Shown in pieces: positions 17,915-26,805 of a DNA stretch of 32,000 bases; within the stretch, counting starts at the first letter, position 1; each line of letters starts with the position of its first letter. The notes below the pieces were generated by a model. The model was given only the letters and a program-made list of their open reading frames with translations, did not search any database and was not told the origin of the DNA. The DNA lies in the NCBI RefSeq assembly GCF_000981785.2, contig NZ_CP011304.1:3390001-3422000 (forward strand). Direction: 5' to 3'. The stretch is from Microcystis aeruginosa NIES-2549. Lineage in GTDB: Bacteria > Cyanobacteriota > Cyanobacteriia > Cyanobacteriales > Microcystaceae. A program made the position numbers and the translations under genes.

Positions 17915-18333
17915 TAGCTTTCTCTCCGTTGTTGACGCAGGGTATCTAAACGAGAGGCGATCGCTTTTAATTGTTCGACACTAGCAGTATCGAGACTATC
18001 GGCAAAAGAAGCCACCACATCGGCATTACCAATAGCCAAAAAACGATGTAATTGTTCGTAGGCTTTAATTGCTTGTGCTTGTTCCTTAGAAACCATCGGT
18101 TTCCAGTAGAAAATCCGACCCTGTTTATAACAACTTAACCAGCCTTTATTAGTTAAACGACGCAGTACCGTAGTCACCGAAGTATAGGCCAGATCCCTTT
18201 CCGGATCCGCTAAAATGCGATCATGGACATCCTTAACGCTAACGGGTTCCAATTCCCAGACAATATTGAGAATTTCCGCTTCTAGGGGGCCCAGGGATAA
18301 CTGTTTTGGTTGATAGGTCGGCAATTGAGCCAT
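17914..18333 (-). CDS. BlaI/MecI/CopY family winged-helix repressor
   Basis: LGPLEAEILNIVWELEPVSVKDVHDRI ... YTSVTTVLRRLTNKGWL. I prefer the ATG at 18333 (MAQLPTYQ). Its stop overlaps the blaR1-like ATG (TAATG). Confidence 0.8.
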   Translation of the reverse strand: MAQLPTYQPKQLSLGPLEAEILNIVWELEPVSVKDVHDRILADPERDLAYTSVTTVLRRLTNKGWLSCYKQGRIFYWKPMVSKEQAQAIKAYEQLHRFLAIGNADVVASFADSLDTASVEQLKAIASRLDTLRQQRRES

Positions 18334-18422
18334 AGTTACACAGAAATGAAGATTACTTTCCTGATCATAGCGGCGGATGTCGATCGCCTGATAAAATAGC
18401 AACGATCTTTTATATTATCTTT

Positions 18423-18722
18423 ATGTCCACCGAAACTAATTTAACCACGACTACGGGCGCTGATGCCATTGATGTGGCGATCGCTAATGGTATTGATTTT
18501 GATGGTTCCCCGATTCCCCCAGCAAAATTGGAACTTTATCACCGGGTAATGGGTTTGGAAGCAGGACGACAAAGAAGCGGGGTTTCTAACACGATGAGAT
18601 CGCGAATTGTCCGCATCGGGGCCAAACATATCCCCCAAGAGGAATTAAATCAGCTGTTGTTAGCCGCCGATTTTGCCCCTCTCAAGGAGAAAGAAATCGC
18701 TTTTTACTATAGCGTTTCCTAA
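18423..18722 (+). CDS. Conserved-looking hypothetical protein (99 aa)
   Basis: Clean ORF divergent from the blaI-like gene. I recognise no family. Confidence 0.5.
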   Translation: MSTETNLTTTTGADAIDVAIANGIDFDGSPIPPAKLELYHRVMGLEAGRQRSGVSNTMRSRIVRIGAKHIPQEELNQLLLAADFAPLKEKEIAFYYSVS

Positions 18723-18727
18723 GCTAG

Positions 18728-18804
18728 TGAGGTACACATATTTTTCTTCCCTTTTGACTTTTGCCTCTTGCCTTTTGCCTAAAACCCATAACTTTTGTAC
18801 CTCA
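18728..18804. repeat. Hairpin-bounded heptamer element
   Basis: tgaggtaca (18728-18736) and tgtacctca (18796-18804) flank the tract cttttga cttttgc ctcttgc cttttgc (18751-18780). The related motif tacacatat plus heptamers occurs at about 12078-12123. Confidence 0.6.
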
Positions 18805-19020
18805 GCAGACTGAAAAACGCTATATCTCAAGTAGTCAAATTTTTGCTCGCCATTTTTCGCCTAGACTGCTTGGGGTTGACCGGATTGTTGGGGAAATTAG
18901 GCAGGGAGTCTAGGTTTATCTAATGGTCAAGAGGATCGATAACCACTGATTCCGAGCCAGTAATGATACACTAGGCATGATTTAACTTCAGACCTCGATC
19001 GCAAAAGGAAATAAACATCG

Positions 19021-20181
19021 ATGAAAGCCATGATTTTGGCGGCAGGCAAAGGAACTCGTGTCCGTCCGATTACCCATACGATCCCCAAACCCCTGATCCC
19101 GATTTTACAAAAGCCGGTGATGGAGTTTTTGTTGGAACTGTTGCGACAGCATGGCTTTGATCAGATCATGGTCAATGTCAGTCATTTAGCCGAAGAAATT
19201 GAGAGTTATTTCCGCGATGGTCAGCGTTTTGGGGTGCATATCGGCTATTCTTTTGAGGGTAGAATCGAAGATGGCGAGTTAATCGGTGATGCCCTGGGAT
19301 CTGCGGGCGGTTTACGACGAATTCAAGATTTTAATCCCTTTTTTGACGATACTTTTGTGGTTCTCTGTGGTGATGCGCTGATCGATCTCGATTTAACCGC
19401 AGCCGTTAAATGGCATCGAGAAAAGGGAGCGCTCGCCACTATTGTCACCAAAACCGTCCCCAGAGAGGAAGTATCCAGTTATGGGGTGGTGGTTAGCGAC
19501 GAGGAGGGAAGGATTCTCAGTTTCCAAGAAAAACCCGCCATCGATGAAGCTTTAAGTACCTGCATTAACACGGGTATCTATATTTTTGAGCCAGAAATCA
19601 TTGATTTTATTCCCCCTAATAGTAAATACGACATCGGGGGCGAGTTATTCCCCCAATTAGTCGCTAAAGGTGCGCCTTTCTACGCTTTAAACATGGATTT
19701 TGAATGGGTTGATATCGGTAAAGTTCCCGACTACTGGCAGGCAATTCGCGGGGTGTTATCCAGGAAAATTAAAAATGTTGCTATCCCCGGCATCGAAGTT
19801 AAACCGGGCATCTACACGGGCTTAAATGTGGGGGTAAACTGGGATAAAGTCGATATCACCGGACCTGTGTATATCGGGGCAATGACACGCATTGAAGACG
19901 GGGCGAAAATTGTCGGTCCGAGTATGATTGGCCCAAATTGTTGGATTTGTGGCGGCGCGACGGTGGATAATAGCGTTATTTTTGAATATTCTCGCCTCGG
20001 TCCGGGGGCGCGTTTGGTGGATAAGTTGGTCTTTGGGCGCTATTGTGTTGATAAAACCGGCGCCGCGATCGATGTGGAAGCGGCTGCCTTGGATTGGTTG
20101 ATTACTGATACCCGCAAGGTTCCCCCAGAATTTGATCACCCTAAACATCAGGCAATTCGTTCTTTATTCAATAGCAAGTAG
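19021..20181 (+). CDS. NDP-sugar pyrophosphorylase (mannose-1-phosphate guanylyltransferase-like) with C-terminal left-handed beta-helix
   Basis: N-terminal motif ILAAGKGTRVRPIT. The C-terminal third has hexapeptide-repeat character. Confidence 0.8.
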   Translation: MKAMILAAGKGTRVRPITHTIPKPLIPILQKPVMEFLLELLRQHGFDQIMVNVSHLAEEIESYFRDGQRFGVHIGYSFEGRIEDGELIGDALGSAGGLRRIQDFNPFFDDTFVVLCGDALIDLDLTAAVKWHREKGALATIVTKTVPREEVSSYGVVVSDEEGRILSFQEKPAIDEALSTCINTGIYIFEPEIIDFIPPNSKYDIGGELFPQLVAKGAPFYALNMDFEWVDIGKVPDYWQAIRGVLSRKIKNVAIPGIEVKPGIYTGLNVGVNWDKVDITGPVYIGAMTRIEDGAKIVGPSMIGPNCWICGGATVDNSVIFEYSRLGPGARLVDKLVFGRYCVDKTGAAIDVEAAALDWLITDTRKVPPEFDHPKHQAIRSLFNSK

Positions 20182-20283
20182 GCAACACCGCAACAGGGAA
20201 CTTTTTACTTTTTACTTGATCAGCTAAGAGGCATCTTAACCTCCTATCCTTAGATTAGCTGAATCTTTCTCAATCCCTTTACT

Positions 20284-20311
20284 GTTGCCTCTTGCCTCTT
20301 GTCTTTTGCCT
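20284..20311. repeat. Heptamer tract GTTGCCT CTTGCCT CTTGTCT TTTGCCT
   Basis: Read directly. It overlaps the spurious 5' extension of the next ORF. Confidence 0.8.
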
Positions 20312-20348
20312 CATCTCAACAAGCAATTTAATGCGCGGGCAGCTTATC

Positions 20349-21587
20349 ATGTTTGATTCTCCTGTTGATCTTCTCATTCTCTCCAATGGTCCTGGAGAAA
20401 TATCTACATGGGTGCGTCCAGTTGTCAAGAGATTGCGACAAAACTTAACAGAAGATCGATCGCGGTTGCGGATTTCGGTGATCCTTTCCCCTTGTACTCA
20501 TTCTATGGGGGCGGAAACGGAAGTAGTTAGGAAATATCCAGAGGTCGATCGAGTCCAGTCGCCAGAAAACTTCTTTAATTTTCTTTTCTGGGGAAAAACC
20601 GCCGATAATTGGGATTGGCACTCCAAGGGCATCGTTTTATTTTTAGGGGGCGATCAATTTTTTGCCCTCACCATCGGTAAACGTTTGGGTTATCGCACGA
20701 TTATCTATGCGGAATGGGAAGCGCGTTGGTATCGGGGGATCGATCGCTTTGCCGTAATGAATACAAGTGTATTAAATAATATTCCCCAACAATATCAGCA
20801 TAAATTTACTGTTATCGGCGATTTAATGGTGGATTTGCCCAATGCTATCACCCCGGATGATGCTACCTTAATTGCACTTCTCCCGGGTTCTAAACCCTCG
20901 AAATTAGCCCAGGGTGTACCCCTAACCCTAGCCATTGCCGAAAACATACACGCGCAGAATCCCCGGACTAAATTTTTAATTCCCGTCGCTCCTACCCTAA
21001 ATTTAGCTTATTTGGCGAAATTTGCCGATCCTAGCTATAATCCGATGATCACTAAAACCGGTTGGAGTGCTGCTAAATTAAAAAACGGTGAAAAACCCTA
21101 TCTAGAAACAGCTAAGGGGGTAAAAGTTGACCTAATTACCGATTTTCCCGCCCATAACCAGCTTTCTCGCTGTCATTTAGCTTTAACGACGGTGGGTGCT
21201 AATACTGCCGAATTAGGGGCGCTGGCAATCCCGATGATTATTTTACTACCGACTCAGCAACTAGACGCGATGCGAACTTGGGACGGTTTACCCGGTTTAT
21301 TAGCTCAACTGCCAGGGGTGGGTTCTTTATTTGCTAAGATAATTAATCTCTATATGTTGCGGAAAAAGCGTTTATATGCTTGGCCAAATATTTGGGCTGG
21401 TGCCGAAATTGTTCCGGAATTATTAGGGGAATTACAACCAGAGGAAGTAGCAAATATGGCTATATCTTGGTTAGAAAATCCCGAACAATTAGAGGCTATC
21501 CGGCAAAAATTGCGGGCAGTGCGCGGGCAACCAGGAGCAGTGGATAAGTTAGTATCTATTATTGCCGAACAACTGTCTAGTTTCTAA
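20349..21587 (+). CDS. Lipid-A-disaccharide synthase-related (LpxB-like GT-B) protein
   Basis: N-terminal LLILSNGPGEISTWVRP. The family call is from memory and only moderate. I prefer the ATG at 20349 (or 20331) because 20292-20311 is heptamer repeat. Confidence 0.6.
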   Translation: MFDSPVDLLILSNGPGEISTWVRPVVKRLRQNLTEDRSRLRISVILSPCTHSMGAETEVVRKYPEVDRVQSPENFFNFLFWGKTADNWDWHSKGIVLFLGGDQFFALTIGKRLGYRTIIYAEWEARWYRGIDRFAVMNTSVLNNIPQQYQHKFTVIGDLMVDLPNAITPDDATLIALLPGSKPSKLAQGVPLTLAIAENIHAQNPRTKFLIPVAPTLNLAYLAKFADPSYNPMITKTGWSAAKLKNGEKPYLETAKGVKVDLITDFPAHNQLSRCHLALTTVGANTAELGALAIPMIILLPTQQLDAMRTWDGLPGLLAQLPGVGSLFAKIINLYMLRKKRLYAWPNIWAGAEIVPELLGELQPEEVANMAISWLENPEQLEAIRQKLRAVRGQPGAVDKLVSIIAEQLSSF

Positions 21588-21599
21588 TCAATCAGAGAA

Positions 21600-23480
21600 T
21601 TAAGCTTGTTGGTAGTGAGGATCAATTGCGATTAATTTATTAACAGTTTGATAGAATTCCTGCTGATAAAATTCCCGTTGATTACTGTCGAGAGCATTAA
21701 TTAATTGTTCTTGACAGTAGCGACGATATTCCATTAAACTAATTTTTTCCATAGCTATAATGGCATCTTTAATTTGTTCTTCTGGCTGCAAAATTTGCTG
21801 ACTGGTATGTTCATTTAAGTGAAATAAAGAATTAAAATCACGATTTTTGTCTGTGGTGATTATCAATAAATGATTCTGTAAAGCTGACATCAAATCTCTT
21901 GGTTTAGTAATTTGGGTTTCTAACTCTAGAATTACTTGCCATAACCAACGATAATCAGGGACATTAAAAATTAAATCTTTTTCATCCAAAAGTTCACAAA
22001 TTAGCCTCCGATATTCCGGAGAATTGAGATAAATTAATAATAATAACCATTCGGCTTTTTCTGAGCCGTTTTTTTCGGATTTATCTAGGATATTTTTTCT
22101 TGTAATTTCTGGGGATTTTCCCAGTGGTTTATTAACTTGCTTTGAGAGATTTTTTAAAATATATGGCAAACGAGCGGCATCTTTTTGAGCCAAAATTTCA
22201 GCACAATAATCTAGGTAAAAAGTCCGTTGATTACCATCGATTAACTTTTGCAGCAAACTAACCATACTACTAGACACTTGTTGAAAATGTAGTCCCTGTT
22301 TTAAATCTTTATTCACCAACATTTGCGAGATTTGCCAATCAATCCAAAAAGGAGATTTTTCGATTAATTCTCGATAACTATTTACCCCGTCAGCACGAGA
22401 TTTAAGAAATTCATCGGCATCTTTACCATCGGGAAGATTAAGGATTTTTAGGTTAACTTGTCCTGAATAAACTAGGGAGTTAATTTCCTCGATCGCCCTT
22501 TGTGTCGCTTTAATTCCCGCTTGATCGGCATCAAAATTAAAGATTATTTGTTTACTTTCACTGTAGCGCAAAAGTAGCTTAATTTGCTCTTGACTTAAAG
22601 CTGTTCCTAAACAGGCAACCACATTATTAATACCGGCTGCATGGAGAGCGATCGCATCAAAATAACCCTCCACAACTATCGCTAAATCTTGCTGAATAAT
22701 TGTCTGTTTAGCTCGATCGAGAGCAAAGAGAGTTTTTCCCTTTTCAAATAGAGGAGTATCGGGAGAATTTAGATACTTTGGTTGTTCATTACCTAAAGTA
22801 CGACTACCAAAAGCGATCGCCCGTCCTTGACTATCAAAAATAGGAATCATTAAACGATCTCGAAATTGATCGTAATAACCACTACCATTTTGACGCGCTT
22901 TAATTAATCCCGCTTGTTCCACTAAAGCCACAGGATAGCGCTTTTGTTCCACTAAATAACGATAGAGAGTTTCCCAACCTTGGGGAGAATATCCCAGTTG
23001 AAAATTAGCGATGGTTTCTGGGGTTAGTTGTCGTTGTACCTTGAGATAATCTAACGCTTTTTCCCCTTGAGGTTGACTAAGGGCGTGTTGATAAAAACTC
23101 ACCGCTACGGCCATTATTTCGTATAATTGTTCTTTGAGGGATAATTTCTGCTCTAATTCCTGACGCTGTTCTACTGCCAGAGTTTTAATCGGGATTTGAT
23201 ACCTTCTAGCAAGCTCAAAAACCACCTCACTAAAAGATTGTTTCCCCACCTCCATAAAGAATTTAATCCCGTTTCCCCCCGCACCACAGCCAAAACAGTA
23301 ATACATTTGTTTGGCAGGACTAACCGTAAAACTAGGGGATTTTTCCTCGTGAAAGGGACATAAACCGACGTATTCCCTTCCCCTTTTTTTGAGGACGACT
23401 CTCTCGGAAATTAAATCCACAATATCAATTCTTTGTTTAACTTCTTCGATCGTATCTGGATGTAGTCTCGGTGTATCCAT
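21600..23480 (-). CDS. dnaG: DNA primase
   Basis: Zinc finger CPFHEEKSPSFTVS...YYCFGCGAGGN and TOPRIM motifs VVEGYFDAIAL and NFDADQAG. Confidence 0.93.
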   Translation of the reverse strand: MDTPRLHPDTIEEVKQRIDIVDLISERVVLKKRGREYVGLCPFHEEKSPSFTVSPAKQMYYCFGCGAGGNGIKFFMEVGKQSFSEVVFELARRYQIPIKTLAVEQRQELEQKLSLKEQLYEIMAVAVSFYQHALSQPQGEKALDYLKVQRQLTPETIANFQLGYSPQGWETLYRYLVEQKRYPVALVEQAGLIKARQNGSGYYDQFRDRLMIPIFDSQGRAIAFGSRTLGNEQPKYLNSPDTPLFEKGKTLFALDRAKQTIIQQDLAIVVEGYFDAIALHAAGINNVVACLGTALSQEQIKLLLRYSESKQIIFNFDADQAGIKATQRAIEEINSLVYSGQVNLKILNLPDGKDADEFLKSRADGVNSYRELIEKSPFWIDWQISQMLVNKDLKQGLHFQQVSSSMVSLLQKLIDGNQRTFYLDYCAEILAQKDAARLPYILKNLSKQVNKPLGKSPEITRKNILDKSEKNGSEKAEWLLLLIYLNSPEYRRLICELLDEKDLIFNVPDYRWLWQVILELETQITKPRDLMSALQNHLLIITTDKNRDFNSLFHLNEHTSQQILQPEEQIKDAIIAMEKISLMEYRRYCQEQLINALDSNQREFYQQEFYQTVNKLIAIDPHYQQA

Positions 23481-23481
23481 A

Positions 23482-23516
23482 ATCAGTTATCAGTTATCAG
23501 TTATCAGTTATCAGGA
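23482..23516. repeat. Heptamer tract (ATCAGTT)x4-5 directly abutting the dnaG start codon
   Basis: The minus strand reads cctgataactgataactgataactgataactgatt then ATG. No Shine-Dalgarno-like purine run is present. Confidence 0.85.
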
Positions 23517-23547
23517 GATTTGCTTTTATTTATTCTCCCCGTCTCCC

Positions 23548-23583
<36 letters not shown>

Positions 23584-23607
23584 ACTCCCCTCTCCTTCTC
23601 CCCCATC

Positions 23608-23654
23608 TCCCCACTGCGATGGCGGCATTTTGTCCTCCGAACCCGAAACTAAGA
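23608..23654. repeat. 47-bp perfect duplicate of the KAS gene 3' end (partner at 24262-24308)
   Basis: tccccactgcgatggcggcattttgtcctccgaacccgaaactaaga is identical at both positions. Confidence 0.9.
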
Positions 23655-23656
23655 AC

Positions 23657-23721
23657 GTAGGTTGGATTGAAGCATGAAACCCAACACCCGCTCATGTTAC
23701 GCTACCCCTAACCCATCCTAC
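23657..23721. repeat. Cyanobacterial dispersed palindromic repeat (gtaggttgg...cccaac type)
   Basis: gtaggttggattgaagcatgaaacccaac ... ccatcctac. It resembles a repeat class common in cyanobacterial spacers, recalled from memory. Confidence 0.5.
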
Positions 23722-23730
23722 AAATAATTG

Positions 23731-23875
23731 GGCTCTCTTCTTCTTTGTGTGATAAGTTTAACTTATATAGGAGCGCTCAATCTTTGTGTCCTTTGTGTCT
23801 TTGTGGTTCCTTCCAGTCGCTCGCCAGCAGGACTGTATCTTAGAATACATTTTACCCACCAAACCTAAGAGAGCC
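23731..23875. mobile_element. 145-bp MITE-like element, copy B, with 7-bp target-site duplication
   Basis: Full-length match to 5531-5675. It is flanked by ATAATTG at 23724-23730 and at 23876-23882. Confidence 0.8.
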
Positions 23876-24241
23876 ATAATTGTGCCTCCCTACTTATATT
23901 AAGTGAGCAGTATTAAATAAGAAGTGTCCCACCGTCTTTGTTTACCAATCGCTGATCACTGAAAAATCTCCCCAACACCTAGCACCCCCACTAATACCCT
24001 TTTTGACTCCTAGAAATTCGCACCCATAAGTAATAAGAAAGGACTTGACTTTGCCGGCGGCTTGTGCTATGCTTTTCTCATAATGGGAATCCGTGCAAAT
24101 TTCAGCAAACCTAAATATTTCTATTATGAATAAAATCCTTTAAAAATATTATCTCAAAATCTCCCGACAAAAGCAAGCAAAATTTTCCCCATAATTGTTA
24201 AGTTTTCTTAAAAATGCAGAGACGGGCAAGGAAAGAACTGA

Positions 24242-25366
24242 TCACTGATCACTGAAAAACTTCCCCACTGCGATGGCGGCATTTTGTCCTCCGAACCCGA
24301 AACTAAGACAGAGACAATTGTGCAGAGAAAAATTAACAGCCGATCTAGCTAAATTTAATTGAAAAGGCGACTCGCGCACACCGACACAGGGGGGAATTAG
24401 CTTATTTTTCAGAGCCATTAAACAAAAAGCCACACCTAACGCCCCCGAAGCCCCTAAAGTGTGTCCTGTTGCGCCTTTTGTCGAGCTTACAGCCACTTGC
24501 GAGCCAAAAATGCTGGCGATCAGGTTTGACTCCCGTTCATCGTTTAAACGGGTGCTAGTGCCGTGGGCGTGAATGTAATTAATTTCATCTTTTCTTAATT
24601 GACTTCTGTGCAAACATAGTTCTATCGCTTTGGTAGCACTACGATTATCCACCGCCGGGGCGCTAACATGATCGGCATCGCAGGTAAAACCATAGCCCAA
24701 AATTTGCCCGTAGATGGGGGCATTTCTGCTTAAAGCCAGTTCTTCCGATTCAAGGACTAAAATCGCGCCACCTTCGCCCAAAACCAAACCCTCTCTAGCT
24801 ATATCAAAAGGATAACAGCCCGTTTTCGCCAAAGCTCCCATCTGTTCAAATCCCACCAAAGTTAAGGGAGTGATCGGAGTTTCGATCGCCCCGGCTAAAA
24901 CTCGATCGCATTCTCCCATTTTGATTAATTCTACACCCTGGGCGATCGACCAGATGCCCGTGGCACAGGCCGCCATCGGTGCTAACACTGGGGCCCTGGT
25001 TTCTATCAATCTAGCGGTCAATACCGAGGCGCGATCGGGTAAACTATCTAACCAGTTTTCTACTATTCCCGTCGCTGCCATCCGTTCCCATAAACCCTGA
25101 CAACCGCGACTAGAACCGATAGTGACACCACAATCCTTTAAGGGAGGCGTTAACTTCGCGTCTTCAAGGGCGGCAATCAGGGCAATTTTGGTTAAATCCT
25201 CTAAAAATGCCGGTTTGTGACCGATTAAACCCAAAGGTAACGCGGGTAAATCAGAAAAGGGTTGTTGCCTATTTATACCAGTTTTGCCCTCTAGTAATCT
25301 TTGCCAACTCTGACTTAAATTTCCCAGAGAACTGATCAACCCAATTCCCGTCACCACAACATTCAT
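24242..25366 (-). CDS. Beta-ketoacyl-ACP synthase family protein (KAS I/II type, short form)
   Basis: Cys-His-His triad context PMAACATGIWS, YIHAHGTST and GATGHTLGASG. At 374 aa it is shorter than typical FabF. Confidence 0.8.
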   Translation of the reverse strand: MNVVVTGIGLISSLGNLSQSWQRLLEGKTGINRQQPFSDLPALPLGLIGHKPAFLEDLTKIALIAALEDAKLTPPLKDCGVTIGSSRGCQGLWERMAATGIVENWLDSLPDRASVLTARLIETRAPVLAPMAACATGIWSIAQGVELIKMGECDRVLAGAIETPITPLTLVGFEQMGALAKTGCYPFDIAREGLVLGEGGAILVLESEELALSRNAPIYGQILGYGFTCDADHVSAPAVDNRSATKAIELCLHRSQLRKDEINYIHAHGTSTRLNDERESNLIASIFGSQVAVSSTKGATGHTLGASGALGVAFCLMALKNKLIPPCVGVRESPFQLNLARSAVNFSLHNCLCLSFGFGGQNAAIAVGKFFSDQ

Positions 25367-25401
25367 TTATCAGTTATCAGTTATCAGGTATCAGTTATCG
25401 G
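25367..25401. repeat. Heptamer tract (TTATCAG)x5 directly abutting the KAS start codon
   Basis: The minus strand reads ccgataactgatacctgataactgataactgataa then ATG. Confidence 0.85.
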
Positions 25402-25472
25402 AATATTAAATGATTGGGGGGGGGGACGGCGAAGATTAAATTATTGTCGCCTGGTCCCACCCTAACCGATCG

Positions 25473-26210
25473 CTATTTTTTCAGATTTTCTGCACCAGAA
25501 ATAACTTTGGCCGAGTCAATTTTATCCCCTTGTTTAATCGTATCGATCACTTCCATTCCCTTAGTGACATAACCAAAAACGGCATAATCACCATCGAGGA
25601 AATTGATATCCGACAGGGCAAAATAAAACTGAGAAGAAGCCGAATTAGGCTGTTGAGAACGGGCCATCGCGATCGCACCGCGTTTATGGGGTAAAGCGAC
25701 GATGGGAGTGCGGGCCGTGGCCTGTTGACCGATTGCTTTCCCATAAATCGGCTCTTTTTCGTCTTTAAGGAGAATTTCCAAGGGAACATAACGGGGCTGC
25801 TTGGTTTCCGGGTCAACAAAACCACCAGTTCCGCGACCTTGGGGATCACCACCTTGGGCGACAAAAGGCTGCGGTTCTGTAACCACGCGATGGAAAGTTA
25901 AACCATTATAAAAACCTCTCCCCACCAGATCCACAAAGTTACCGGCGGTAATTGGGGCTGCATTGCCATCAATTTCGATCGTTACCGGTTTACCTTTGAT
26001 GATCATCTCGACGACGGCAGTTCCATCTAAGCGGGGTTTGTAATTATCCATGTTGACACTGCCCGAACTGGCAGGTTGAGAGGTTTGGGTGATACTAGAA
26101 TTATCGGGGGTGGAGTTAGCTTCTGGGGAAGAACAGCCGAAAAGTGTCGTCGTTGTGATTAAAAAAACACAAACCACAGACAGCCAGCCAGATTTTCTTA
26201 TCTTCATCAT
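25473..26210 (-). CDS. Cyclophilin-type peptidyl-prolyl cis-trans isomerase, lipoprotein signal
   Basis: Signal peptide with lipobox LFGCSS, plus cyclophilin motifs [23 protein letters not shown] and YAVFGYV. Confidence 0.88.
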   Translation of the reverse strand: MMKIRKSGWLSVVCVFLITTTTLFGCSSPEANSTPDNSSITQTSQPASSGSVNMDNYKPRLDGTAVVEMIIKGKPVTIEIDGNAAPITAGNFVDLVGRGFYNGLTFHRVVTEPQPFVAQGGDPQGRGTGGFVDPETKQPRYVPLEILLKDEKEPIYGKAIGQQATARTPIVALPHKRGAIAMARSQQPNSASSQFYFALSDINFLDGDYAVFGYVTKGMEVIDTIKQGDKIDSAKVISGAENLKK

Positions 26211-26238
26211 TTTATAGCCAAAAAGAGCGAAAAAAGGC

Positions 26239-26805
26239 CTACAATCCCTCTAGAGGAATTTCCAGAAAACGAGCGAGTTCCGCTCCTTGATTTTCCAATT
26301 CCGAGAGGGACATCGGATCACCGACGCGAGTTAAAGGGATATCGCGACGCTGTTTAATCCGCAGGAATAGTTCCCGTTTCGGGTTGAGTCCTTCTCGCAC
26401 TTCGGCCCGCACAGCTTGCACATCTTCCATGGGCCAATCGAGATCAATGCGACGATTTTTGCCGGGGTAGCCCCAACGAAAGATTTTAACTTTGCCGGTT
26501 TCCTTATTAAACTCGTTGTAACCACCTCCGACATTCCAGAGGAGAGATAACCAGAGATAGATGGCTAAAAGGGTCCCCGCAGTGCCATAAAAGAGGAGGG
26601 CGACTCCTTGGGGAATAAATTGTAAGGCACTGGTATCGCTAACGAGAAGTAGATTGACCTTCAAATAACTGGAAAGACCGGCGAGGAGAAACCCTAGACC
26701 GCCAATAGAGACGATTACAGCCCAAAAATAGTTACTAGGGCGACGCGCTCCCACTACTTCTTGCCGTAGGATCAGGCTATCTTTACTTGTTGTTTGCGCT
26801 TTCAT
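26239..26805 (-). CDS. ycf4: Photosystem I assembly protein Ycf4
   Basis: Two N-terminal TM helices and motifs [18 protein letters not shown] and [10 protein letters not shown]. Confidence 0.9.
   Translation of the reverse strand: MKAQTTSKDSLILRQEVVGARRPSNYFWAVIVSIGGLGFLLAGLSSYLKVNLLLVSDTSALQFIPQGVALLFYGTAGTLLAIYLWLSLLWNVGGGYNEFNKETGKVKIFRWGYPGKNRRIDLDWPMEDVQAVRAEVREGLNPKRELFLRIKQRRDIPLTRVGDPMSLSELENQGAELARFLEIPLEGL

Noticed and set aside
18441-18638. 65-aa minus-strand ORF
   Set aside because: It is antisense within the 99-aa ORF at 18423-18722. The plus-strand ORF is longer and has more protein-like composition, although neither is family-assigned.
19822-20148. 108-aa minus-strand ORF
   Set aside because: It is antisense within the NDP-sugar pyrophosphorylase gene.
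24870-25100. 76-aa plus-strand ORF
   Set aside because: It is antisense within the KAS gene.
25547-25864. 105-aa minus-strand ORF
   Set aside because: It is an alternative frame inside the cyclophilin gene.
26331-26534. 67-aa minus-strand ORF
   Set aside because: It is an alternative frame inside ycf4.
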